DNA of 64,000 nucleotides from Pseudanabaena sp. Salubria-1 (GTDB lineage Bacteria; Cyanobacteriota; Cyanobacteriia; Pseudanabaenales; Pseudanabaenaceae): NCBI GenBank assembly GCA_023336205.1, contig JALQCR010000035.1, positions 2,930 to 66,929 of the forward strand, read 5' to 3'. Shown piece by piece: positions 30,943 to 41,000 of this stretch (position 1 is its first letter; each line of letters starts with the position of its first letter). The notes under the pieces were generated by a model. It saw only the letters and a program-made list of their open reading frames with translations, ran no database searches and was not told where the DNA came from. The position numbers and the translations under genes were made by a program.

Positions 30943-31115
30943 CATGCTACCCCCACAAGCGTTTGCTAGAGGAGGTAGCATATCTTTCCTATCATTTTCA
31001 TTGGTCTTATGACAATGTACTAAATATGGAGCATTGGGAACGGCAACAATGGGTTTCGCAAGTTGCTCAGATTAATCAACAAATTAACCAACAATCAAAT
31101 CACGGTCGTTCATGA
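30933..31115 (+). CDS. DUF6760-like coding frame in the -1 frame of the chaperone gene; not in the ORF track
   Basis: GGVTCYPHKRLLEEVAYLSYHFHWSYDNVLNMEHWERQQWVSQVAQIN...*; no start codon ahead of the conserved YP motif. Confidence 0.75.
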   Translation, partial: GGVTCYPHKRLLEEVAYLSYHFHWSYDNVLNMEHWERQQWVSQVAQINQQINQQSNHGRS

Positions 31116-31330
31116 ATTTGAGATTGATTTTTAAGATCACAAATCTATGATTTATACCAATACACGAAAGTGTCACGAAATAGCGATTACACTTTTGTTG
31201 AGTTAAAAACCGATGCCAATAAGGTTCTCAAAACTAAAAATGGCTATGCCATTTTTAGTTTTGGTATTACTCATCGATTAGATTTGGAACGAGCAAAGTC
31301 TAGGGACTTGCGATTAATTAAAGTACCTAC

Positions 31331-31376
31331 GGCTTCGACTTCGCTCAGCCAACATTGGCTGAGCAAAGTCGAAGCC
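31331..31376. repeat. REP-like palindromic repeat
   Basis: GGCTTCGACTTCGCTCAGCCAACATTGGCTGAGCAAAGTCGAAGCC forms a near-perfect hairpin. Confidence 0.7.
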
Positions 31377-31499
31377 ATCCAAACTCGGTAGTACCTTTTT
31401 TCTCGTCACCCTATTCCAGATCTAGCTGGAAACTAATCAACTCGTGCGTAAGTCCTAAGATTGTTGTTTTTCCCTTATTGTTTGTATAGAGGTTAGGAA

Positions 31500-31955
31500 A
31501 TGGCAAAATCTCAAAAGAAAGGAGGAAAAGAAAAACCTCGTGATCCCTATATGGCTTTTAATTTTGCGATCGAAATTGAAGGCTTGACCGTTGGTGGTTT
31601 CTCTGAAGTGATTGGTTTAAGCGGTAGGTTAGAGCTTGAAACCTATGTAGAAGGTGGAGTCAATCATCACATTCATCGCTTTCCTAAACAAATGGATTAT
31701 CCAAATTTAGTTCTAGTTCGAGGTTTAACTGAAAGGGATGATCTTTGGAAGTGGTATGAAGATGTGACGAGGGGTAAAATTCGTTTGCAAAATGGCACGA
31801 TTATCTTAAAAGATAGTCAGCAATCGAAGGTAATCGCGTGGAACTTCAAAAAAGCGTATCCTGTAGCATGGGAAGGACCACCACTAAATGCTAGTGGCTC
31901 AGAAGTTGCTTTTGAAAGGATGGAATTAGTCCATCGAGGTGTGTATAAAGCTTAG
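31500..31955 (+). CDS. Tail tube protein (gp19-like) 2
   Basis: DPYMAFNFAIEIEGLTVGGFSEVIGL; YPNLVLVRGL; YPVAWEGPPLNASGSEVAFERMELVHRG. Confidence 0.95.
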   Translation: MAKSQKKGGKEKPRDPYMAFNFAIEIEGLTVGGFSEVIGLSGRLELETYVEGGVNHHIHRFPKQMDYPNLVLVRGLTERDDLWKWYEDVTRGKIRLQNGTIILKDSQQSKVIAWNFKKAYPVAWEGPPLNASGSEVAFERMELVHRGVYKA

Positions 31956-32028
31956 AGTTTGATAGGTTTAACTTTTTAGTCTTAATTGGTTTTGTTGGCA
32001 TCAATCAATATATAAATTTTGAAAATGT

Positions 32029-35000
32029 ATGAATTTTGATCCTCTGCTTGTACAACGTTTGACGCGACCCTTAAAGCATCCTGGTGTAACTAATCATCGG
32101 ATGGTTGGGGGGTTGCTTGAACGTTTTCAAGCTTTGGAAAATCGGTTGCCCCTGTTGGATCAACAATTGAGCCGTTGGTCAACGATTGTTGAATTGGATG
32201 CCGAACAAGTGCCTATTGTTTATGCTCAAAGTCCTGAATTAGACGATCAGGTAGGAGATAATTTTCGGGGCGATTTCGTAGCGAAAAAAGAAGAGGTACG
32301 ATCGCCTGTTCAAAAAAGCATCAAAAGCATAACAAATGCTGAGATACCAATAGTTGAAAAATCAACAGTTGAAAAAGGCTCAATGGATGTGATAGTTAGC
32401 CCGATCACTACTGAAATTGATAATGCACTAGATGCAAGTATCATCCAACAGGAAACACAACAGGAAATACCATCAAGTCCGATAGCCTCCGTGGAAGTAT
32501 CTAGTTCTATTCCTGCGATCGCATCCTCTTCAGTGCAAGAATTATCCTTTGTCCAATTGTCCCCACAGAACTCAGATTCGCCAACGATAGCTCAAGGATT
32601 GCCCATAGCTTCGGAAGCCTTGCCTAAAACATCTGTTTTGCCTACGGAATCCATACAAAAAGAGCAATCCTTATCCTTAAACCAGAGTTCTGATTATCTG
32701 CATTCCCCGAACATCTCTACTGTCCAGCCAGTTTCTGATGCTCAGCCTGAGCTGGTTCAGCCTTTGGTTATTCAATCTGTTAGTGAGGGTATTATTCAAG
32801 CTCGGCATGATCAAGTTGCCCCAAGTAGCTTTTATGCGTCAGAAAATGCTACAGAAAAAGCGACAGCGGCAACAGAATTAACTATCGCTAGTCCTGTCAA
32901 TAACCAGATCGCTATTGAGGGGGATACTGCATCAGATGTAAGGCATATGCTGCAACAGGAAATTACATCAAGTCCCATAGCTTCCGTGGAAGCATCTGTA
33001 ATGCCATTGATGGCGATCACGCCAGAAAAATCACCTGCGATGATTGGCGATCTAGATATGCTGATACTTCAAGCACAACGCGAGACTGGAACAACTTTGA
33101 GTAAGATGATCTCAGACTCAGAAAACCCAAAGGAGTTGATCAAATCCAAATCGCAACCAACTAAAAACAACAAGCGATCGCTTGACTCAAAGAATTTAAA
33201 AAATGCTGATATATCAATCAATCAAATATCAACACCTCGTCATCCAAATATCAACAATCAAACCTTAGCAACCTCAGTATCAGAAAATAAATCAACTTCA
33301 GATGATTTTGTCGTTAACCCGATCACTACTGAGGTTGCCTCCGCCTTAGATGTAAGCCTCGTAATGCAGGAAATCTCATCAGACTCATCCAATTCGGTAG
33401 TAGCACCTGTAACTTCAATTCAAGCCGCTTTAGATACAACCCCAATTACAATCAATGCGGTCAGCGATCCAGTAATTCAAGCTAAGGAGGATGTAAGCGC
33501 TAGGGCGAGATCCCCAATTAATCCCGTATCTGAGTCGATTGGGTTTACTTCAGCGATCGCAACTTCAGAGCCAGAACTTTCCTTTGTGCAGATCCCACAA
33601 AACTTAGATTCTTCCTCAACAGATCAAGGGGCATTCATAACTTCAGAATCCTTACCCAAGGTATCAATTCTTTTCAAAGATTCACCCCAAACTTTGTCCA
33701 AAGAGTCTACGCAAAAAGTACAGCCCTTGTCCTATAATCCCGATCTTCCGCAGATTCCGATTATTCCGATATCAAATCCACTATCTACGTTATTGTCAGA
33801 ACCTTTAAGTTTTGCTCCAAACATATCCTCAGCGTCATCAGAAAACCAACTTTCCTCCTCACAAATTCAGCAAATTACTCCTGTTAATACCGAGAAATCT
33901 GAACATTATCAACCAACTGTGCAGATAGTTTCTGAAGCTCAGCCTGAACTCGCTCAACCCTTAGTTATTCAACCTGTGAATGAGGGTATTATTCAAGCTC
34001 GGTACGATAGCGCTGCACCAAGTATTATCAATGCTCAACCTGTGATACCTACGATTGCAGATCCTTGGTTGGGGAGTTTACCTGAAGTTTCAGAAATTTC
34101 ATGGACATCTTCTTCTGAAAATCCTCAGAATCTCATGCCCATAGTTAGCACTGACCCTATTACCTTACCTCTACCATCAATAAACACAAGCATTGAAAGT
34201 TCGTCTGTTGAGTCTCCGACTCTCATTAAGGTTCGCAAGATTGATGCCCAGATTACTCAAAACTCGCCCGATTCTCTAGTTCAAAAAATTATTCAGGAGC
34301 CAATCTTTTTTGAGCAAAAACTGGAACCAACATTTGAGCCAGCAAATTTAGAAGTATCTACAGTTTACCCTAACTTAGCAACTCAAAATATAGACAATCC
34401 AACGGTTGTAAATGATACTCTGACCTATACTCAAGCGATTTATCCATCTCAAGATAGCTTGGTGTTTACACCATCAAATCCCAATCCAGTCAATGAAAAC
34501 ATAGCAGTTGCTGCGCCAATTACCTCAAAAACAAACAATCCAAAAACAAACAAAGCCCCTAATTCATCACTAAGTAACGATACTCAGCAGCAAATCAACT
34601 CTTCTCCTGTAAGAGTCCAAATAGTTAGAGAAAAAGTTTCTACTTCTAATTCTTCACTACCCCTAGCAAGGGAGACTGCTCAAGATTCTCAGCTCAAATT
34701 GACATCAGTTAATGACAATTTGGATAGATCCTCTCCTGCTCAGTCTCCTGTTGTTCCGACAGTGCAGGCAATAGTCGAAGTATCTGAACAACCCTTTGAA
34801 CCTTTACTGTTATCCCGTCGTAGCTCTAATGCTACAGCATCGGATATGACAGGAAATTATCCAAATCAGAGTCACCCCAATTCAAAGGCGATCGCTAATT
34901 CTAACAATATCACTACTTACCCTACTTCAAACTCATCAAACCAGAATCATCTATCTACACAATCAGCCCCAGCCCAGTCCTCAACTGTTACCAATCCTTC

Positions 35001-35169
35001 TCATCAAGTTCCGAGTACAGTAGTAAGACCTCAAAATATCTCAGAATTAAAGGAGTCAAACAGTGCAAATATAATTAACATGGACTTACTAGTAGACCAA
35101 GTAGAACGAAAAATAATTAAGCGACTTATTGTTGAAGGTGAACGCAGAGGAAAACGAAAATGGCTCTAG
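32029..35169 (+). CDS. 1046-aa Ser/Pro/Gln/Thr-rich low-complexity eCIS protein
   Basis: Long ORF inside the structural operon; internal repeats; C-terminal DLLVDQVERKIIKRLIVEGERRG motif; overlaps the next gene. Confidence 0.8.
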   Translation: MNFDPLLVQRLTRPLKHPGVTNHRMVGGLLERFQALENRLPLLDQQLSRWSTIVELDAEQVPIVYAQSPELDDQVGDNFRGDFVAKKEEVRSPVQKSIKSITNAEIPIVEKSTVEKGSMDVIVSPITTEIDNALDASIIQQETQQEIPSSPIASVEVSSSIPAIASSSVQELSFVQLSPQNSDSPTIAQGLPIASEALPKTSVLPTESIQKEQSLSLNQSSDYLHSPNISTVQPVSDAQPELVQPLVIQSVSEGIIQARHDQVAPSSFYASENATEKATAATELTIASPVNNQIAIEGDTASDVRHMLQQEITSSPIASVEASVMPLMAITPEKSPAMIGDLDMLILQAQRETGTTLSKMISDSENPKELIKSKSQPTKNNKRSLDSKNLKNADISINQISTPRHPNINNQTLATSVSENKSTSDDFVVNPITTEVASALDVSLVMQEISSDSSNSVVAPVTSIQAALDTTPITINAVSDPVIQAKEDVSARARSPINPVSESIGFTSAIATSEPELSFVQIPQNLDSSSTDQGAFITSESLPKVSILFKDSPQTLSKESTQKVQPLSYNPDLPQIPIIPISNPLSTLLSEPLSFAPNISSASSENQLSSSQIQQITPVNTEKSEHYQPTVQIVSEAQPELAQPLVIQPVNEGIIQARYDSAAPSIINAQPVIPTIADPWLGSLPEVSEISWTSSSENPQNLMPIVSTDPITLPLPSINTSIESSSVESPTLIKVRKIDAQITQNSPDSLVQKIIQEPIFFEQKLEPTFEPANLEVSTVYPNLATQNIDNPTVVNDTLTYTQAIYPSQDSLVFTPSNPNPVNENIAVAAPITSKTNNPKTNKAPNSSLSNDTQQQINSSPVRVQIVREKVSTSNSSLPLARETAQDSQLKLTSVNDNLDRSSPAQSPVVPTVQAIVEVSEQPFEPLLLSRRSSNATASDMTGNYPNQSHPNSKAIANSNNITTYPTSNSSNQNHLSTQSAPAQSSTVTNPSHQVPSTVVRPQNISELKESNSANIINMDLLVDQVERKIIKRLIVEGERRGKRKWL

Positions 35170-35807
35170 AGAAATTAAAAATTAAGGCTGAAAAAGATCA
35201 AGAGGGCGACTTCGCTGAGGAAATTGAAGTGTTGTTTAATCCTAACCAACTCCAAATTGACAAAACGGGTTGGCGACTAGGTGACGGCTACCCTGTTGCA
35301 GCTAATGAACTAGCAACTTTAACAATTAATCTCTTTTTTGATACAACCCTGAGCGGATCTCCTCCAGAGAACGTCCAGAAGTACACGAAAAAGATTTTTA
35401 ATTTGACCCATCCTAAAATTGGCACGGATACAAAACGTCCGCCCCGATGTAAATTAACTTGGGGGAAAATTGGTGGTAGTGACAGTGTTTTACTGCCCGA
35501 TGGTTTCTTAGAAAAAGTGAGTAAAACCTTGACTCATTTTTTAGAAGATGGAACACCAGTTCGGGCCACCTTAAACTGTACTTTTCGAGAATGGGCAGAT
35601 TTAGAAAAACGGAGAAAAGAAGCCAATTTAATCGATGACCCCGTACGCATTGTTCGCCGAGGTGAAACATTAAGCAGTATTGCTAATGAAGAATATGGAG
35701 ATCCAGCATTATGGCGAATTATTGCCAATGAAAATAATCTCATCAATCCTCGATCGTTAAAACCAGGACTGGTTTTAACGATTCCACCATTGAGGATTTC
35801 ATACTGA
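35160..35807 (+). CDS. CIS tube initiator with LysM domain (Afp7-like)
   Basis: IEVLFNPNQL; LFFDTT; DGTPVRATLNCTFRE; LysM IVRRGETLSSIANEEYGDPALWRIIANEN. Confidence 0.92.
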   Translation: MALEKLKIKAEKDQEGDFAEEIEVLFNPNQLQIDKTGWRLGDGYPVAANELATLTINLFFDTTLSGSPPENVQKYTKKIFNLTHPKIGTDTKRPPRCKLTWGKIGGSDSVLLPDGFLEKVSKTLTHFLEDGTPVRATLNCTFREWADLEKRRKEANLIDDPVRIVRRGETLSSIANEEYGDPALWRIIANENNLINPRSLKPGLVLTIPPLRISY

Positions 35808-35866
35808 AAAGTTTATCTATAAAAATCAGAAAATTATTAATTAATAATAGTAATAAATAGTAATAA

Positions 35867-36934
35867 ATGTCTGAATATTCTGGTGTTAAAACTCTATCTC
35901 CTAATGTCGAAGTCCTAATTCAAGGACAAAAATTATCGACAAAAGCTGATGCTGATCTTCTAGAATTAACAGTATTTGAAGATATTGATGCTCCAAGTAT
36001 GTTCACTTTAGAATTTCTGAGTTGGGATCTAGCAAAAAGTAAGTTTACATGGGTTGACGATAGTTTATTTGATATTGGAAATGAAGTTGAAATAAAAATG
36101 GGTTATCAAAATACGCTTAAAACTATTATTTTTGGTGAAATTACAGGGTTAGAACCAGAGTTTAGTCAGGGAGACACGCCTAGACTAGTAGTAAGAGGAC
36201 ATGATCTCAGACACCGACTTTTGCGAGGCTCAAAGACTAAATCGTTTACCAAAATGAAAGATAGTGATATTTTTAGTGATATTGCTAGGGGGAGAAACTT
36301 AACACCCAAAGTTAAAGATAGTGAAGTAAAGCATGATTATGTTTTACAACATAATCAAACGGATTGGGACTTTTTAAAAAGTCGGGCTGAACGGATTGGT
36401 TATGAAATAGTCATTGAGAAAAAAAATATATTTTTCCAACCTCCTCAGATTGATAGTCAAAAAGTATTAACCCTAAAATTTAAAGAGGGTTTAAGTGAGT
36501 TTTTCCCTCGATTAAGTACGATGAATCAAGTTGAAAAGGTAGAGGTGCGAGGGTGGCTACCCGATGATAAAAAGGAGGCTATAGGAAAAGCAGCAGCAGG
36601 AAAAGAGGGCAGTAAAATGTCAGGAAAAAAAACGGGACCGCAAGTGGTTAAAGATTTTGGCTCTTCGATCGCGACAATTGTGCATCAACCGATTAAGACC
36701 AAAGCGGAAGCCGATCAAATTGCCCTAGGACAATTTAAAGATATGGCACTTGCCTACATTACAGCCGAAGGAACCTGTGCTGGTAATCCTACTTTACAAA
36801 TTGCCAAAGTTATAGATATTCAAGAAGTAGGAAAACGTTTTAGTGGACTCTACTATGTGACTTCAACGGAGCATCACTATAGTCACAAATCAGGCTATCA
36901 AACATCATTTACCGCAAGGAGAACAGCATCATGA
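35867..36934 (+). CDS. Baseplate hub / late control D (gp27-like part of VgrG)
   Basis: GEITGLEPEF; QHNQTDWDFLKSRAERIGY; FSGLYYVTSTEHHY. Confidence 0.9.
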   Translation: MSEYSGVKTLSPNVEVLIQGQKLSTKADADLLELTVFEDIDAPSMFTLEFLSWDLAKSKFTWVDDSLFDIGNEVEIKMGYQNTLKTIIFGEITGLEPEFSQGDTPRLVVRGHDLRHRLLRGSKTKSFTKMKDSDIFSDIARGRNLTPKVKDSEVKHDYVLQHNQTDWDFLKSRAERIGYEIVIEKKNIFFQPPQIDSQKVLTLKFKEGLSEFFPRLSTMNQVEKVEVRGWLPDDKKEAIGKAAAGKEGSKMSGKKTGPQVVKDFGSSIATIVHQPIKTKAEADQIALGQFKDMALAYITAEGTCAGNPTLQIAKVIDIQEVGKRFSGLYYVTSTEHHYSHKSGYQTSFTARRTAS

Positions 36935-37638
36935 TGGGATTGGATTTATTAATTCCTGAGGATCGAACAGCCAGATTTTATGGAGTCACGATCGCTATGG
37001 TTACAAATATTAAAGATGATGATGGTTTAGGACGTGTAAAGGTTAAATTTCCTTGGTTGACTGATGATGATGAAAGTCCTTGGGCGAGGGTGATGACACC
37101 AATGGCGGGGGATGATCGGGGTTTTTATTTTTTACCTGAAGTAGATGATGAAGTATTAGTTGCCTTTGAACATGGTGATATGGCTTTTCCCTATATTTTA
37201 GGCAGTCTATGGAATGGTAAAGATAAACCTCCTGAAAAGAATGATGATGGCGAAAATAATAAGCGGTTTATTAAATCTCGTAGTGGTCATATGATTATTT
37301 TCGATGACACTGAGGATAAAGAAAAATTCATTATTCAGGATAAAAGTGGCAAGAATAAAATCACGATTGATTGCGAAAAAGACTCCATGCAAATTGAAGT
37401 CGAAAAAGATTTAACAATTAAGGCTAAGGGAAAAGTTTCGATTAAAAGTAGTGACGATGATATAGTCATAGAATGTAAAAACTTGGAGCTTAAAACTGAA
37501 CAGGATGTCAAGATTAATGCTGGATCTAATTGTAATATCCAAGCAAAAATGAAAGGAGAATTTAGTTCAAAATCTGGACTAGAATTGAACTGTTCCGCAG
37601 GGGTCAAGGTTAATAACGGGGCGTTGGAGGTGATGTAA
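36931..37638 (+). CDS. Central spike (gpV / gp5 OB-fold plus short beta-helix)
   Basis: GRVKVKFPWL; WARVMTPMAG; FLPEVDDEVLVAFEHGD; IKSRSGH. Confidence 0.92.
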   Translation: MMGLDLLIPEDRTARFYGVTIAMVTNIKDDDGLGRVKVKFPWLTDDDESPWARVMTPMAGDDRGFYFLPEVDDEVLVAFEHGDMAFPYILGSLWNGKDKPPEKNDDGENNKRFIKSRSGHMIIFDDTEDKEKFIIQDKSGKNKITIDCEKDSMQIEVEKDLTIKAKGKVSIKSSDDDIVIECKNLELKTEQDVKINAGSNCNIQAKMKGEFSSKSGLELNCSAGVKVNNGALEVM

Positions 37639-38024
37639 TGGATATTGATTTTTTAGGAGTTGGTTGGTCACTACCGATTCAACTAGATAAAACCAAGCAG
37701 ATCCAAATTGCAAAATACGAAGCAGCAGTACGCCAATCAATTTGGGCAATCCTCAGTACTGCCCGTGGAGAAAGATTGATGAGACCTGAGTTTGGTTGTC
37801 GAATTCATGATCATGTCTTTGCGCCGAATACAGCAGGAACCGTAGGGCAAATCATTAGTGATGTACGGGCTGCCCTAATTGAATGGGAACCGCGCATTGA
37901 TGTCCTAGATGTTGAACTATTGCCGCAATTTACTCACCCGAATTTGTTGCAAATTTCGATTAATTATCAAGTCCGCACGACAACGAACGAATTTAACCTT
38001 GTCTATCCCTTTTACCTTCAGTAA
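37638..38024 (+). CDS. gp25/GPW baseplate protein (Afp9-like)
   Basis: FLGVGWSLP; TARGERLMRPEFGC; WEPRIDV; NLVYPFYL. Confidence 0.94.
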   Translation: MDIDFLGVGWSLPIQLDKTKQIQIAKYEAAVRQSIWAILSTARGERLMRPEFGCRIHDHVFAPNTAGTVGQIISDVRAALIEWEPRIDVLDVELLPQFTHPNLLQISINYQVRTTTNEFNLVYPFYLQ

Positions 38025-38057
38025 ATCGTCTTCAGAAAATTATCTCCAGTAAAAGAT

Positions 38058-41000
38058 ATGTCCTTGGAATCGCCTAAGCTAGATCAACGTAGTTATGAAG
38101 ATATTGTCCAGCATAGTGTCAAGCTGGCAGAATCCTACACGGATTGGCGATCGCCAGAATCTAAATCTTCTCAATCTGGTGATGTTGGTCTGGCGCTGAT
38201 CCGAATTTTTGGTCACATGATGACGGTAGTACAGGATCGCCTCAATCAGGTTCCTAATCGCAACCAGCTTGCATTTATGAATCTGATCGGTACAGAGTTG
38301 ATCCCACCGCAGCCGTCACGGGTTCCCGTCACCTTTAATTTGGCGGCAGGGAGTCCTGTGGAAGCTTTGGTTCCAGCCCAGACGAGAATTGCTGCTCCAC
38401 CACCAGAGGGGGACGATGAAGAGGTGGTGTTTGAGACAGAGCGAGAGTTACTGGTTACTGATACTCAACTCAATTCAATTTTTGTGATTGAAGATCGCGA
38501 CTACTATAGCGATCGCTATGTCGCGGCAGTTGTTGATGCTGCCCATGAGCCATTCCATATCTTTTATGGTGACAAGCCAGTCGCCCATGATCTGTATATA
38601 CATGGGAAAGATCTCTTTGATTTGCCGAAGTTGACGACAATCACGGTGACCTTTGAGACGAACTCTCCTGAGAGTGCCGCACAACTTGCTTTTCGGTTGC
38701 GAGATTGGAGGACATGGGATGGCAAAGTTTGGCAACCTTTGACGACGGTTGCATGTGCGTGTGGTGATGAAGCGGCACGATCGCAGCAGGTACAAGTCAC
38801 GCTCTCGCAATTGCCGAAGCTGAAAGAGGTAGAGGTGGATGGCGTTTCTGCAAAATGGCTCCGGGTGAGTTTGAGTCCCCATCATCGCCAAAATTTACCT
38901 GAACTGCGTTCCAGCCTTGTAACCACCCATATTGATCAAACGGCTCTCCCAAAAGAGTGCTTTTTCAATACAATTAAGCTAGATCTCAGCAAAGATTTCT
39001 ATCCCTTTGGGACAACGCCGCAATATAACGACACATTTCTGATGGCGTTAGATCCCAGTCTGATTCAACCAAGCATGGCGATCGCAGTACAAGCGCAGTT
39101 AAGCCAAGTACCTCGCTATACAGATGATTTGGAATTACTTTGGGAAGTGGGCTGTGGTCAGCAATGGCAGAGCATTGAAAATACAGAGGATACTGAAAAA
39201 TTTCGGTGGGTATCGGATACGGCTCCGTTGCGATTAGTGGCAGGAAATGTGACAGGGACATTTCAATTTCCTGCGAACCTACCGCCATTGCCTATGGGTG
39301 AGGAAAGTTATTGGCTAAGGGCGCGGATTGTGCAGGGCATATATGGAAGCCGAGGACGTACCCGTCAATATGTGATGTATAACGATGTCACCATGCTTTC
39401 GACCGCGATCGCGATCGGTCAAACGGAAATAGTGGTGGATAACATTGACGCTTTGGAGATCGAAGATACCATCCGTCTCCAGTCAGGACTAGACCCAACC
39501 CGTCAAGAGGAAGCCAAAATCGTAGCCATTCGTCCTGCCACATCTGTTGTTGTTCTCAACCGCCCCACCCGTAATGCTTATACTGCGGGTAGTCGTATCC
39601 TTAGCAAGTTTGCAATCACCGAACAAACATCGGATACATTTGAGCCGCCGATTATGCAATCGATCGCTTTGACCTACCGCTGTTTTATGGAACGCACAGC
39701 CAAGATTAAGGCGTATAACGATTTTATTTTTGCGGATAATGATGCCCTAGAGTTATTTCTCCATCGTTCTGCATTCGCTGGCGAAAGGATAGTGCAGTTG
39801 AATGATGTCAGTGCGTTAGCGGTTGGGGAAATAATCAGGTTTATGGGACAGTCGGTCGAACAGGGACAGATTGAACTGATTGATCGCGATCGCCAACAGC
39901 TCATTTTAGTTCAGCCCTTAGCCTATGACCACCTTAACGCTTCTAGGGTGTTGAGAGCATTCCACCCCCTCACTCCCCAACTTAATCGCGATTCTTCCCT
40001 TTATCTAGGGTTTAACCGTCCATTCCCCAATCGCGCCAATACACTTTATCTGCAAATCCAACCACCACACCCTGAAAATGTTGCTCCAGGAGTAAACCAA
40101 ACTAATCATCTAAGTCATGCCCAGCGCTTGGCATGGGAATATCCTAGTCCTAAAGGTTGGCTATCCTTAACCGTAAGCGATGAAACCCAAGGATTTTTAG
40201 AAAAGGGGCTGCTCCAGTTTGTGGGGCCAACCGATTGGATGGCTTCGCCCCATTTCGGGCAGCAGCGTTATTGGTTACGGGTACGGCAGCAGCCGTTAGA
40301 TTGGCAATCCTTACCGATGGTGCTGTTTTATCTGTGGCAGTGGGCGATCACCTTTGAGCTATATAACCTCTACAGCATGATGCGTTACTTTGCGCGTCTA
40401 GTGGCTCGCGCAGGTGATTTCCCTGTGCCGCCTCGTCTCTGCTCTGTACGCACGAATACGACTTGGGCAAATCAATCGATCACATTGAATGGAGAAGTAC
40501 TGGGATCGAGTAATCAAGAACCCCATCAGGTATTGAAGGTAAGTCAATTTCCAATTTTGCGAGGTGAGGTCTTAACGATTGAGGAGGGATGCTTGCCGTC
40601 GGAGTCAGAACAGCAATATTTACGGCAGGACTTTGGTGATGAGGCGATCGCTGCTCGCTATGATGAAACAGGTCGGCTAGAAACTGTCTGGGTGCGTTGG
40701 CAAGAAGTGCCAGATTTTCACAGCTCAACTGCCAACGATCGCCACTATGTAATTGATCGGCAATTGGGACAAATTCGCTTTGGAGATGGTCAAGCGGGAA
40801 AAATCCCTCCTCGTGGGCGCAATAATATTCGCCTGAATACCTACTACACGGGTGGTGGTATTCGAGGCAATCAAGCGACTCAAACCATTATCGAGCTAAA
40901 GACAACGATTCCCTACATTGCCCAAGTGATCAATTGGGAAGCATCCCAAGGCGGCAGTAACCAAGAATCCCTTGAGCGTTTGAAGGTGCGATCGCCTAAA

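Noticed and set aside
31170-31391. 73-aa ORF between the chaperone and tube 2 as a real gene
   Set aside because: No recognisable motif, and its 3' third is a REP-like hairpin. It cannot be excluded but is unsupported.
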